A stretch of DNA of 64,000 nt from Planctomycetia bacterium (GTDB lineage: Bacteria; Planctomycetota; Phycisphaerae; Phycisphaerales; SM1A02): contig SYGP01000028.1 of the NCBI GenBank assembly GCA_005799495.1, positions 6,913-70,912 on the forward strand, given 5' to 3'. Position numbers and translations under genes: made by a program. This document shows positions 41,745 to 50,924 of this stretch, piece after piece; within the stretch, counting starts at the first letter, position 1; each line of letters opens with the position of its first letter. The notes below the pieces were generated by a model, which was not told where the DNA came from, did no database searches, and worked only from the letters and a program-made list of their open reading frames with translations.

Positions 41745-43735
41745 GCGCGCGCCTGAACGCCGTGCTGGATGCCAGTGAGTTGCGTGTGACGCTGCAGGTA
41801 GCGCAGGGCGGTCGTGATGAACGCCGCATGGGACCACGTGAGCGGACTCACCGAAAGATGTGCGCCCGAATAGGGATCAAACTGCTCCGCGAGCACGCCC
41901 GAGGCGGATGCGCGCTGGCATACCCATTCCAGCAGTGGAACGGCCTCCGCAAGTTCCTCCGCATGATGTGCGCGCGCAATCAGCCACTGCGCATACCACA
42001 GCGTGGTGATGATCCATGGATTGCCGGGAACACGCTGGAGGTCATGCCGTTCCACCTGGTGGTAATGGTCGCCGGCGTATCGCGCCATGCCCCCGATGTC
42101 CGTGTGCACCCAAAGCCTCTCTCGCAGCATGCGCATGTGACTCGTGACGCGTGGGTCGTTCGCCTCAAGCGCTCCAAACGCAAAAAGTCCGCATGCGCTC
42201 GCGTCCGGGGTGAAGTCGAGGTGATAGCCACCGGCACCATCGGGAGTCGCCATGCGCGCGAAGCAGCCTCGTTCTTCGCTCCACATGTGACGAATCATCG
42301 CCTCGCGCATTCGTTCAGCACCGAGTTCGAACTCCGCGCCACGATCCGCGGCACCCACCTCGTCGGCGAACGCAGCGGCAGCCTTGAGCGCACCGATCAC
42401 CGATGCGACCGTGAAGAGATGAATCCCGCGCCGCTCCTCCCACAAGTCCCAGGAAGGCTGCGGCAGACCATTCGAGTCGCGGTAGCGCAGCATCCAGCCC
42501 GCGGGTTCGATCACGAGCGGGTTGTAGAGGTCGCGGATGAATTCGACATCGCGAAATGTCATGAAGTGTCGGCGCAGCGCCCAGACCACCAGCGCCGTTT
42601 CATCCTCTTGAATCGGAAGAACCCGCTTCCCATCCAGCATCCATGGATGCCAACTCGACGCGACCGTTCCAGTCGGGTTGTACTTGTGCAGGAAATAGCC
42701 GGCGGGCTCGATCACCTTTGCGGCGAATCGGAAGAACGCCTGCGAGAGTTCGCCTTGCCCCGCCAACACCAGTGCATGCGAGACAAGCGCGCCATCGCGC
42801 GGCCAGAGGTAGGAGTAGGTGTCGCCTGCGTATCGCGTAATGTCGTAGTCGTTGGCTGCGATGATCGCACCACCCTGATCGATCTGCGTACGAATGATGA
42901 GTTCGCTGCGCACGAAAAGATCGCGGACGGGCGCGGGCAGGGGTGAGAAGTCGATCCCTTCCTTGGTCGCCCACAGTCGCCAGTAGGCTTCGGTTCGCAG
43001 CATCATGCGCTGCGGTGTCTTCGCGCGGACCTTGTCGTCGAGCGCCTTGACCGCTGGGTAGTCGCGTCCCGCACAGATCCAGTAGGTCACGAGCGCGCTG
43101 CCGCGCGAAGGAACGCCGAGCGTGAATCCCACGGTGGAGTCGACGGACCCTTGCGCGATGGAGTTTCGACTGAGCGCGCCATCCTCTGCATCGCGCCAGG
43201 TCCCCTCGGCATCGCGGATGCGCTTCTGTCCAGTGGACCAAGTATCGACGCCGGTCGCGCGCGCGCCCGAGCCATTGAAGAGGAAGTAGGTGTCGTCCTT
43301 GAAGTGCACCAAGCCACCCGTCTGGGGGTCGTAGTGCACCGTGTCGCCGATGGCGTTCTCGCCAATCGAGAGATCTTGGTGGAAGAAGAGGCGCACATCG
43401 CGTGCATGATCATGCAGGTTGTGAACTCGAACCTCACGGAAATACGCAGGACTCCAGAAGTCGACGGCATCGCGGCAGTGCAGTCGTATCCCGAGGCGAT
43501 CATTCTGCAGGTGGACTTCGGTGACGAGCGAATCGCGTGTGTACATCAACTCGCGTGTCCATCCCGATGCGTCGACCCACGCGAACTGCCCATCGACCCA
43601 CACGCCGAATCGCTGGAGATGTCCACAGGTGTGGTTTGGCATGCCGACCCGCGGCCAATAGAGATCGCGGATGCGGTACAAATCGTCGAACGCAACGAGC
43701 ATCTCGCCGTTGCCGACAGGAATGTTGCGCGGCAT
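41741..43735 (-). CDS. Glycoside hydrolase family 15 (glucoamylase/trehalase-like)
   Basis: Motifs GNGEMLVAFD, YSYLWPRDGALVSHALVLAG and LAEQFDPYSG...SPLTWSHAAFI are present. Confidence 0.8.
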   Translation of the reverse strand: MPRNIPVGNGEMLVAFDDLYRIRDLYWPRVGMPNHTCGHLQRFGVWVDGQFAWVDASGWTRELMYTRDSLVTEVHLQNDRLGIRLHCRDAVDFWSPAYFREVRVHNLHDHARDVRLFFHQDLSIGENAIGDTVHYDPQTGGLVHFKDDTYFLFNGSGARATGVDTWSTGQKRIRDAEGTWRDAEDGALSRNSIAQGSVDSTVGFTLGVPSRGSALVTYWICAGRDYPAVKALDDKVRAKTPQRMMLRTEAYWRLWATKEGIDFSPLPAPVRDLFVRSELIIRTQIDQGGAIIAANDYDITRYAGDTYSYLWPRDGALVSHALVLAGQGELSQAFFRFAAKVIEPAGYFLHKYNPTGTVASSWHPWMLDGKRVLPIQEDETALVVWALRRHFMTFRDVEFIRDLYNPLVIEPAGWMLRYRDSNGLPQPSWDLWEERRGIHLFTVASVIGALKAAAAFADEVGAADRGAEFELGAERMREAMIRHMWSEERGCFARMATPDGAGGYHLDFTPDASACGLFAFGALEANDPRVTSHMRMLRERLWVHTDIGGMARYAGDHYHQVERHDLQRVPGNPWIITTLWYAQWLIARAHHAEELAEAVPLLEWVCQRASASGVLAEQFDPYSGAHLSVSPLTWSHAAFITTALRYLQRHTQLTGIQHGVQARA

Positions 43736-43741
43736 GAACGA

Positions 43742-45016
43742 TCAGTCCCGCAGCGATCCGAAGACGAGCGAGGTGTTGTGGCCGCCGAAGCCGAAGGAGT
43801 TGTTGAGGGCGATACGAAGAGGGCGCTGCTGCGCGGTGTTGGCGACAAAGTTCAGATCGAACCCTTCGTCGGGCTGATCGAGGTTGATCGTCGGCGGAAG
43901 CGTTCCCGTCTGGAGCGCCTTGATGGTGGCGATGCTCTCCACGCCGCCTGCTGCTCCGAGGGCATGCCCCATCACGGATTTGGTGGAACTCATCGCCAGC
44001 TCATACGCATGGCTGCCGAAGAGCCGTTTCACCGCGTTCACTTCAGCGGCGTCGCCCAGTGGCGTGCTCGTGCCGTGCGCGTTGATGTAGCCGACATCGG
44101 TGGCGTTCACTTGAGCATCGGCGAGGGCGTTCTGCATCGAGCGGAAGGCCCCAGCGCCTTGTTCTTCTGGCGCGGCGATGTGGAACGCATCTCCCGAGCA
44201 GCCGTAGCCCAGCAGTTCCGCGTAGATCGTGGCACCGCGCTTTCGTGCATGCTCGAGTTCCTCGAGAACGATGACGGCCGCACCCTCACTCAGGACGAAC
44301 CCATCGCGGTCCTTGTCGAACGGACGGCTCGCCAGCGTGGGGGCTTCATTGCGCGTTGACAGCGCCTTCATCGACGCAAAGGCACCGATGCACAGCGGCG
44401 TCACCGCAGCTTCTGCGCCACCTGCGAGCATGACATCCGCATCGCCACGCTGGATGATCTGGAACGCCGAGCCAATCGCGTGCGACCCCGAGGCGCAGGC
44501 GGTCGCCGTTGCAATGTTGCTCCCCCGAAGGTTGAATCGGATGGACACCTGCCCTGTACCCGCGTTGACCATGAGACGCGGCACGGTGAACGGGTTGATC
44601 TTCCGATTTCCCGAGGTGACCATTCCGCGAACGCCCGTTTCGATCGTGCCGATCCCACCGATGCCCGATCCGATGGCAACCCCGTGGCGATATGGATCGC
44701 CCGTTTGAAAATCGATGCCGCAATCGCGGACGGCTTCGTGTGCTGCCCCAAGGGCAAAGATCGCAAACCGATCGATGCGGCGCTGCTCGCGGACATCCAG
44801 GAACGAGGATGGATCGAAGTTGCGAACTTCGCCGGCGAATCGAACTCCCCAGTCCTCGTTCGCATCGAACTGGGTGATGCCTGCAATGCCCGAACGGCCC
44901 TGGATGAGACTCTCCCAAGTGTTCGCTGCGGTGTGACCTACGGGCGTGATGGCACCGAGCCCGGTCACAACCACGCGTCGGAGTGTGATGGTCCTCACGG
45001 CAGGAATGCGCAGCAA
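43742..45016 (-). CDS. fabF: 3-oxoacyl-ACP synthase II
   Basis: Motifs RRVVVTGLGAITPVG, ATACASGSHAIG, NAHGTSTPLGD and NSFGFGGHNTS are present. The ORF-track start at 45016 is TTG. GTG at 44998 is also possible. Confidence 0.9.
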   Translation of the reverse strand: MLRIPAVRTITLRRVVVTGLGAITPVGHTAANTWESLIQGRSGIAGITQFDANEDWGVRFAGEVRNFDPSSFLDVREQRRIDRFAIFALGAAHEAVRDCGIDFQTGDPYRHGVAIGSGIGGIGTIETGVRGMVTSGNRKINPFTVPRLMVNAGTGQVSIRFNLRGSNIATATACASGSHAIGSAFQIIQRGDADVMLAGGAEAAVTPLCIGAFASMKALSTRNEAPTLASRPFDKDRDGFVLSEGAAVIVLEELEHARKRGATIYAELLGYGCSGDAFHIAAPEEQGAGAFRSMQNALADAQVNATDVGYINAHGTSTPLGDAAEVNAVKRLFGSHAYELAMSSTKSVMGHALGAAGGVESIATIKALQTGTLPPTINLDQPDEGFDLNFVANTAQQRPLRIALNNSFGFGGHNTSLVFGSLRD

Positions 45017-45025
45017 ATGCGCGGG

Positions 45026-45298
45026 TCAGCCAGTCTTTGCTGCGCCGCCCTTGCCACTGCCAAAGTTGGTCTTGATGTAGTCGATCGCGGAACCGACGGT
45101 CTGGATCTTGTCGCCCTGATCATCGGGGATGGATGTCCCAAACTGGTCCTCGAACTCCATCACCAACTCGACGATGTCGAGGCTGTCGGCATTGAGGTCG
45201 TTGGTGAAACTCGTTTCGCGCTTGATCTCAGCCTTGTCCACCCCCATCTGCTCTGCAACGATGGCGATGACCTTCTCTTCGATCTCTTTTTCAGTCAC
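45026..45298 (-). CDS. acpP: Acyl carrier protein
   Basis: The phosphopantetheine site is [16 protein letters not shown]. The protein is 90 aa with a short Gly/Lys tail. Confidence 0.95.
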   Translation of the reverse strand: MTEKEIEEKVIAIVAEQMGVDKAEIKRETSFTNDLNADSLDIVELVMEFEDQFGTSIPDDQGDKIQTVGSAIDYIKTNFGSGKGGAAKTG

Positions 45299-45514
45299 GG
45301 GAGGCTCCTCTAGAGGTGTTGGAAGTTGCTGTCGATCCGTCGAACGACCAAGAACATCGGCAATCTATGCCGCGCGGGAGTATAGCCGCCGCATCGATTT
45401 CTGTGCGGATGCGTGGAAGGTGACGGGTCGAAGTGGTCGTTCGGAGTGATTGGCCCATCGGTGATCGTTCCGAAGTGGGGGCGGCTATGATCGCCGCCCT
45501 GCAAGGAGGCAACC

Positions 45515-46249
45515 ATCGAAAAGCGTGTCGCCATCGTCACTGGAGCAAGCCGCGGAATCGGTCGGGCTATCGCCCTGCGACTCGCCGCCGATGGCAAGCA
45601 TGTGGTGGGAGTCGCCCGAAATGCAGAACATTTGGCTTCGCTGCAGGGTGAAATCGCGGCTACTGGTGGGAGTGGCGAGGTGGCGGCATGCGATGTGGGT
45701 GATGGGGCTGCGCTTGCGGCGCTCATCGATGGCGTTGCAGAGCGACTCGGGCGGCTCGACATCCTGGTGAACAATGCGGGCATCACCAAGGATGGGTTGA
45801 TCCTCCGCATGAGCGATGAGGACTTCGATGATGTCATCCGCGTGAACCTTCGCAGCGCGTTCGTGGCGTGTCGATCCGCGGCTCGCCCGATGATGCGGGC
45901 GCGCTTCGGGCGCATCATCAACATGGGGTCGGTCGCGGGCGTCATGGGGAACCCAGGGCAAGCGAACTACGCCGCCGCGAAGGCAGGACTGATTGGCATG
46001 ACCAAGTCGATCGCGAAAGAGCTTGGCGGGAAGGGGATCACCGCGAATGTCATCGCGCCAGGTTTCATCGATACGGACATGACCGGCGCGCTCGGCGCGG
46101 CGGTCAAGGAGGCAGTGCTTCCACACATTCCACTGAAGCGATTCGGGCAAGTGGATGACATTGCCGCCGCGGTGTCGTATGTGGCATCCGATGGCGGTGG
46201 CTATCTGACAGGGCATGTCCTGTCGATCGACGGCGGATTGGCCATGTAG
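45515..46249 (+). CDS. fabG: 3-oxoacyl-ACP reductase
   Basis: Motifs KRVAIVTGASRGIGRAIA, NNAGIT and YAAAKAGLIG are present. An in-frame TGA at 45488-45490 leaves no ATG, GTG or TTG before the Rossmann motif. AAGGAGG at 45503-45509 is followed 5 nt later by ATC at 45515, which I take as the provisional start (see findings). Confidence 0.85.
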   Translation: MEKRVAIVTGASRGIGRAIALRLAADGKHVVGVARNAEHLASLQGEIAATGGSGEVAACDVGDGAALAALIDGVAERLGRLDILVNNAGITKDGLILRMSDEDFDDVIRVNLRSAFVACRSAARPMMRARFGRIINMGSVAGVMGNPGQANYAAAKAGLIGMTKSIAKELGGKGITANVIAPGFIDTDMTGALGAAVKEAVLPHIPLKRFGQVDDIAAAVSYVASDGGGYLTGHVLSIDGGLAM

Positions 46250-46271
46250 ACCATGGAGAGCCGGGTCCGGC

Positions 46272-46311
46272 AAGAACTCGGACGAAAAGAACTGGGACGA
46301 AAAGAACTGGA
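46272..46311. repeat. Tandem direct repeat, 15-nt unit AAGAACTSGGACGAA, about 2.7 copies
   Basis: Read directly: AAGAACTCGGACGAA / AAGAACTGGGACGAA / AAGAACTGGA. It lies in the convergent gap between the fabG stop and the lipoprotein stop and is followed by the palindrome TCGCCGCGGCGA. Confidence 0.8.
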
Positions 46312-46364
46312 TTTCGCCGCGGCGAGAGCGAGTCGCGAGGGCAAATCGGCTGGAAGACAACCGA

Positions 46365-47168
46365 TCAGTCTGGAATCGGCGCGCGCTTCTGCTTTTTCAG
46401 TGAGCCGCCACCCGTGCCGCTCGGTGGCGTTGGCGTGCCGCCACCGCCACTGCCGCCCTCACTCGATTCTTCGCTTTCCTCGACCTTCGACTGAGGGATC
46501 TCGACCTCCTCATCGGGGAGGTTCGCGTACTTCTCGAACATGTCATTCACATACTTCTTCCAAGCGGCGATCGAGTCAGTGCCTGAAAGGTGATCGAGAA
46601 TGTCTGGAGGACCGGGGAAGGATGTGAATGTGATCTTGCCATCCTCGTCCGAGCCGTCCCACAGGAGAGCTCGATCAGGAAGGGCGCTCGTGATGATCGC
46701 AAAGGTCGCGAAGCCATTCGAGTCATTCTTGCACTGCACTTCGATGGACTTGATGCCCGCGGTTGACTTCGCCCAGCCGCCGCTGTCGACCAACTTCTTC
46801 AGGACGGTGGCATCGCGCTCCGACATCATCCCGCGAGCCGACGTTTCGTCGCCCTTGGCGAACGCGTTCCAGAAGAGCAGCACCGCCTTGCGTTCTTCCG
46901 TGGTCTTTGGCGCAAGATCCTCGGGCAGGCTGATGCGCTCATCGATCGACAGCGCCTTCATGAGCGATGCGATGTCCTCCACCGTCGGCTCAGGTGGCGG
47001 CGGTGGCGGTGGTGGAGGGGCTTGAACCACGGGAGCCGCTTGCTGTGCTTCCTCCTCACTGCATGCGCCGAGCAGGATGATCGCAGCGGCACATGCGCTC
47101 CACACAGCGCAAGCCACCACTGGCTGCGGGTCATACTTTCGATGCATCGACAGTGTCTGGCTTGTCAT
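46365..47168 (-). CDS. Hypothetical lipoprotein with poly-proline linker
   Basis: A lipobox is present (IILLGAC), followed by QAPPPPPPPPPEP. The C-terminus is acidic and Gly-rich. An alternative start is at 47147. The gene overlaps the fabD 3' end. Confidence 0.65.
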   Translation of the reverse strand: MTSQTLSMHRKYDPQPVVACAVWSACAAAIILLGACSEEEAQQAAPVVQAPPPPPPPPPEPTVEDIASLMKALSIDERISLPEDLAPKTTEERKAVLLFWNAFAKGDETSARGMMSERDATVLKKLVDSGGWAKSTAGIKSIEVQCKNDSNGFATFAIITSALPDRALLWDGSDEDGKITFTSFPGPPDILDHLSGTDSIAAWKKYVNDMFEKYANLPDEEVEIPQSKVEESEESSEGGSGGGGTPTPPSGTGGGSLKKQKRAPIPD

Positions 47169-48090
47169 GGGTGGTCACCTCGCATGTTCGATCGATACGC
47201 CGCATCAGCCCCTTCAGCACCGCGCCAGGAGCCAATTCGTGCAAACTCGGTCGTGCTTCGCCCGAAGGAAGCCCGGCCGAGAGAGCGGCCATGCTCTGGC
47301 TCCACTGTACAGGGCGAACGATCTGGTCCACAAGCAGTGTGCGAAGCAGCGCGGCATTCGCGGGATCATGCGGACGCGCAGTGACATTGCTCCAGACGGG
47401 CAACTTCAGCGGCTGCAGCGCAACGCGATCGAGAACGGCAGACATGGCTTCGGCAGCCGGTGCCATCAGCGGCGAGTGGAACGCGCCAGCGACCTGCAAC
47501 CTGGTGGCTCGGCAACCGACTGTGGACGCAGCTTCGACCGCGCGGTCGCATGCGGAGGCGTGACCCGACAGCACGATCTGTCCGGGCGCATTGAAGTTTG
47601 CGCAGACGAGTACCTCGCCTTGCGCGGCGGCATCGCAGACCGCCTGTGCTTGTGCTTCGTCCGCACCGATCAACGCGACCATGCCGCCCTTGCTCGCCCG
47701 CGCGGCAGCCTGCATCTGCCGGCCACGCTCGGCAACGAGCTGCAATCCATCTTCAAAGGAGAACGCTCCCGCAATGTGCAGCGCTGTGTATTCGCCGAGC
47801 GACAGTCCAGCCGCCGTGCAGATGTTCGCGCAGACGCCGCGTTCCTGCAAAGCGTGCAGCGATGCGATGGCGCAGGTGTACAGCGCAGGCTGACTCACAT
47901 CGGTCCGGTGGACCGTGTCCGCTGCTCCTTCGAACGCAATCTTCGAGAGCGGTTCACCATCGATGCGGATGATCGCGTCGGCGCGCTGGAAGATGCCCGC
48001 GGCCGCTGTGCTGGACTCGAACCAAGCGCGACCCATGCCGGGTGCTTGCGCGCCTTGGCCAGGGCAAAGAATGATCTGCTGTTGCGCCAT
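47131..48090 (-). CDS. fabD: Malonyl-CoA:ACP transacylase
   Basis: Motifs MAQQQIILCPGQGAQ, AAGLSLGEYTAL and VAGAFHSPLM are present. Confidence 0.9.
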   Translation of the reverse strand: MAQQQIILCPGQGAQAPGMGRAWFESSTAAAGIFQRADAIIRIDGEPLSKIAFEGAADTVHRTDVSQPALYTCAIASLHALQERGVCANICTAAGLSLGEYTALHIAGAFSFEDGLQLVAERGRQMQAAARASKGGMVALIGADEAQAQAVCDAAAQGEVLVCANFNAPGQIVLSGHASACDRAVEAASTVGCRATRLQVAGAFHSPLMAPAAEAMSAVLDRVALQPLKLPVWSNVTARPHDPANAALLRTLLVDQIVRPVQWSQSMAALSAGLPSGEARPSLHELAPGAVLKGLMRRIDRTCEVTTHDKPDTVDASKV

Positions 48091-48171
48091 GGTGGAATGA
48101 AGTGTCCGGGTTCGTTGGGGCGGAGGGTCGTTGTGCAAGTTGTACCGCACGGGGGCGGTTCGGACGAGCGA

Positions 48172-49176
48172 TCAGACTCGCCACACCGAGCTTGCCCAGG
48201 TCAGCCCGCCGCCGAACGCAACCATCACGAAGGGGCGCTCGCGCTCGATCTTTCCGTCTCGCCACAGTTCATCGAGGCAGAGCCCGACGCTGCCTGCCGA
48301 TGTGTTTCCATACTTGTCGATGTTGACGAAGACCTTTTCCCGCGGCAGGCCGAGACGCTCACGCGCGGCTTCGATGATCCGCAGGTTCGACTGATGGCAG
48401 ATCACTTGTCCAACGGATTCCGCCGTCAGATTGGTGTGATGCATCGCATCCTCGAGCACCTCGCGAAACTTGGTGACGGCGAAGCGAAAGACGTCCTTGC
48501 CATTCATGCGGATGTTGCCGAGGCGGATTGGATTGTCCGCGTCCGAGGCGGGAACATCGCGCTCCTTGCGAGGTAGGTAGAGCGAATGCCATCCTGTGCC
48601 GTCTGCGCCCATGGTCTGATAGAGGCATCCGATGCGAGGGTCGGGATCGCGCCGCAGGATCGCCGCGCCCGCCGCATCCCCAAAGAGGATCGAGACGGAA
48701 CGATCCGTGTAGTCCACGATGCTGCTCATGTTCTCTGCGCCGATGACGCCGATCGTGCGGAACATCCCCGCGCGGATCAAGCCCTGCGCCACATTGATTC
48801 CGTACAGGAACCCACAGCATGCCGCGGAGACATCGAAGGCGGCGGCTGGCACGGCGCCGACAGCAGCTCCCACGCGCGCAGCGACCGAAGGGCAGGTCAT
48901 TTCAGGGGTGACGGTGCCGACAATGATCAGGTCGAGATCGGAACCCTTCATCTGGGCGCTGTCGAGTGCGCGCTCGAGTGCGGTCCGCGCCATGAGAAAT
49001 GTGCTTTCGCGCGACGGATCGCAGATGCGTCGTTCAGAGATCCCCGTGCGCTGGACAATCCATTCGTCGCTCGTGTCGAGGATCTTCGCGAAGTCCGCAT
49101 TGGTCATGCGTCGCTCCGGCACAAAGGAACCCGTCCCACAGATGCGGACTCCGCATGCGGGCAGATCGCTACTCAT
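48172..49176 (-). CDS. fabH: 3-oxoacyl-ACP synthase III
   Basis: Motifs RICGTGSFVPERRMTN, DEWIVQRTGI, SAACCGFLYG, CHQSNLRII and GNTSAGSV are present. The ATG overlaps the plsX stop (ATGA). Confidence 0.9.
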   Translation of the reverse strand: MSSDLPACGVRICGTGSFVPERRMTNADFAKILDTSDEWIVQRTGISERRICDPSRESTFLMARTALERALDSAQMKGSDLDLIIVGTVTPEMTCPSVAARVGAAVGAVPAAAFDVSAACCGFLYGINVAQGLIRAGMFRTIGVIGAENMSSIVDYTDRSVSILFGDAAGAAILRRDPDPRIGCLYQTMGADGTGWHSLYLPRKERDVPASDADNPIRLGNIRMNGKDVFRFAVTKFREVLEDAMHHTNLTAESVGQVICHQSNLRIIEAARERLGLPREKVFVNIDKYGNTSAGSVGLCLDELWRDGKIERERPFVMVAFGGGLTWASSVWRV

Positions 49177-50189
49177 GCGATGAGGTGCTGCGCCGCTGCG
49201 AGCCGTTCCACGATTTCGTTGTTGACACCGAGGTCGACGAAACTCCGTGCGCGGCGAACGGCGCTCGTGATGGTTCGTGCCACGCTGGAGCCGTGGGAGA
49301 TGAGGCACACGCCGTTGACGCCCATGAGCGGGGCGCCACCATGCTCGTGGTAGTCGTACTTTGCGTAAAGACTCTTGACCACAGGCTCGAGCCGCGATGC
49401 AAGCGTCGGATCGATCGCAAAGACCTCCTTCGCAAGCGCCTTGAAGATGCCCGAAGAAAGGCCTTCCGCCATCTTCAGCATGACATTGCCGACGATGCCG
49501 TCCGTGATCACGACATCCGCCTCTCCGTCGAAGACACCCCGTCCTTCGACGAAGCCGCTGAACTGCAGCCCGTCTGTCATGCGCAGAAGGTCGCGCGCAT
49601 CGCGCATCTCCTGCGTTCCCTTCTGCTCTTCGCCGCCCACATTCATCAGCGCGACGCGGGGACTCGCGATGCCCAGCACTCGACGCGCGTAGATGTCTCC
49701 CATGACGCCGTACTGCGCGAGATGGTGCGCCTTCGGTTCGATGTTCGCACCGACATCGATGAGCACGATCGGGCCGGCGAAGGTCGGCACGGTCACGGCG
49801 ATGCCTGGTCGGATCACTCCCTCGAGGCGACGCATGTGCAACTGCGCGGCCGCCACACAGGCCCCGGTGTTCCCTGCGGAAATGACCGCGTCGAGCCGGT
49901 TGGGCTGCTTGGGCGATGCCATGCGACCCATCACCACGATCGACGAATCCTTCTTGGCTCGGACCGCATCGACGGGCGGTTCGTCCATCCCGATGACTTC
50001 GGTTGTTGGAACGACTTCGATCATCGCACGGTCGATGCCGCGCTCGCTGATCGCTTCGTCGATCATCGGGCCATCGCCGATGAGAACCAACTGATCTCCT
50101 GCAGCCATCTTGGGGATGGCAGCGAAACAGCCTTTCAGGATCTCATCGGGGGCGTTGTCGCCTCCCATCACATCGACGCCGATGCGCAT
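49173..50189 (-). CDS. plsX: Phosphate acyltransferase PlsX
   Basis: Motifs MRIGVDVMGGDNAP, SAGNTGA and GVNGVCLISHGSS are present. Confidence 0.9.
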   Translation of the reverse strand: MRIGVDVMGGDNAPDEILKGCFAAIPKMAAGDQLVLIGDGPMIDEAISERGIDRAMIEVVPTTEVIGMDEPPVDAVRAKKDSSIVVMGRMASPKQPNRLDAVISAGNTGACVAAAQLHMRRLEGVIRPGIAVTVPTFAGPIVLIDVGANIEPKAHHLAQYGVMGDIYARRVLGIASPRVALMNVGGEEQKGTQEMRDARDLLRMTDGLQFSGFVEGRGVFDGEADVVITDGIVGNVMLKMAEGLSSGIFKALAKEVFAIDPTLASRLEPVVKSLYAKYDYHEHGGAPLMGVNGVCLISHGSSVARTITSAVRRARSFVDLGVNNEIVERLAAAQHLIA

Positions 50190-50198
50190 CAGGAGTGG

Positions 50199-50384
50199 TC
50201 AGGCGTTCGCCTGAAAGCCCTTCAGCTGCAGCCCGGGGCGGACGTAGCCGCAGGAGTTGCACGCGTGATGGGGGCGCTTGGCCGCGCCGCAGTTTGGGCA
50301 GGTGACCGCATGGGCCGCACGAAGCGCCTGATGGTTTCGGCGCCGACGGGTTCGTCCTGGACTGGTTCGAAAGACGGGATTCAT
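50199..50384 (-). CDS. rpmF: 50S ribosomal protein L32
   Basis: The protein is 61 aa: [21 protein letters not shown]...[19 protein letters not shown]. It is the only genuine part of ORF 50199..50819. Confidence 0.9.
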   Translation of the reverse strand: MNPVFRTSPGRTRRRRNHQALRAAHAVTCPNCGAAKRPHHACNSCGYVRPGLQLKGFQANA

Positions 50385-50531
50385 GGGGGGTGTGTGCCTC
50401 GCGAGCCCCGACTTGGGGCGAATAGGAGAGTGTAGCGGGGCTGTCCGCTCTGTCAAGATTGTGCGAGGCAGCGGGTTGCCGCCGCGGGCGCGTTCCTGTA
50501 CCTTATGCGACTCCCCACTTGGGAAGTCCTC

Positions 50532-50924
50532 ATGCCGACCATCAACCAGCTCGTTCGTAAGCCACGCCGCGACCCCGCCACCAAGAGCAAGGTCACGGAT
50601 CTCGCCGCGTGCCCGCAGCGCCGCGGCGTCTGCCTGCAGGTCAAGACGGTCACCCCAAAGAAGCCGAATTCTGCGCTCCGCAAGGTGGCGCGAGTTCGCC
50701 TCTCCAACGGGCGTGAAGTGACGGCCTACATCGGTGGTGAGGGGCACAATCTCCAGGAGCACTCGATCGTGCTCGTGCGCGGAGGGCGTGTTCGCGATCT
50801 TCCTGGCGTGCGTTACCACGTGGTTCGAGGCACGCTCGACTGCCTCGGTGTGGATGGACGCAAGAAGGGTCGCTCGTTGTACGGCGTGAAGCGCAAGGCT
50901 GCCGCCGCAGCGAAGAAGAAATGA
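50532..50924 (+). CDS. rpsL: 30S ribosomal protein S12
   Basis: Motifs [28 protein letters not shown] and [14 protein letters not shown] are present. Confidence 0.95.
   Translation: MPTINQLVRKPRRDPATKSKVTDLAACPQRRGVCLQVKTVTPKKPNSALRKVARVRLSNGREVTAYIGGEGHNLQEHSIVLVRGGRVRDLPGVRYHVVRGTLDCLGVDGRKKGRSLYGVKRKAAAAAKKK

Noticed and set aside
46985-47022. G-rich run GGTGGCGGCGGTGGCGGTGGTGGAGGGG, considered as a simple-sequence contingency locus.
   Set aside because: It is the antisense of the coding poly-Pro tract (PPPPPPPPP) of the lipoprotein. The repeat is an imperfect mix of codons, so it is unlikely to be slippage-prone.
50199-50819. 206-aa ORF listed as a single protein.
   Set aside because: Only the last 61 aa (50199-50384) are ribosomal protein L32. 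The upstream part is antisense to rpsL (50532-50924) and has no coding signal.
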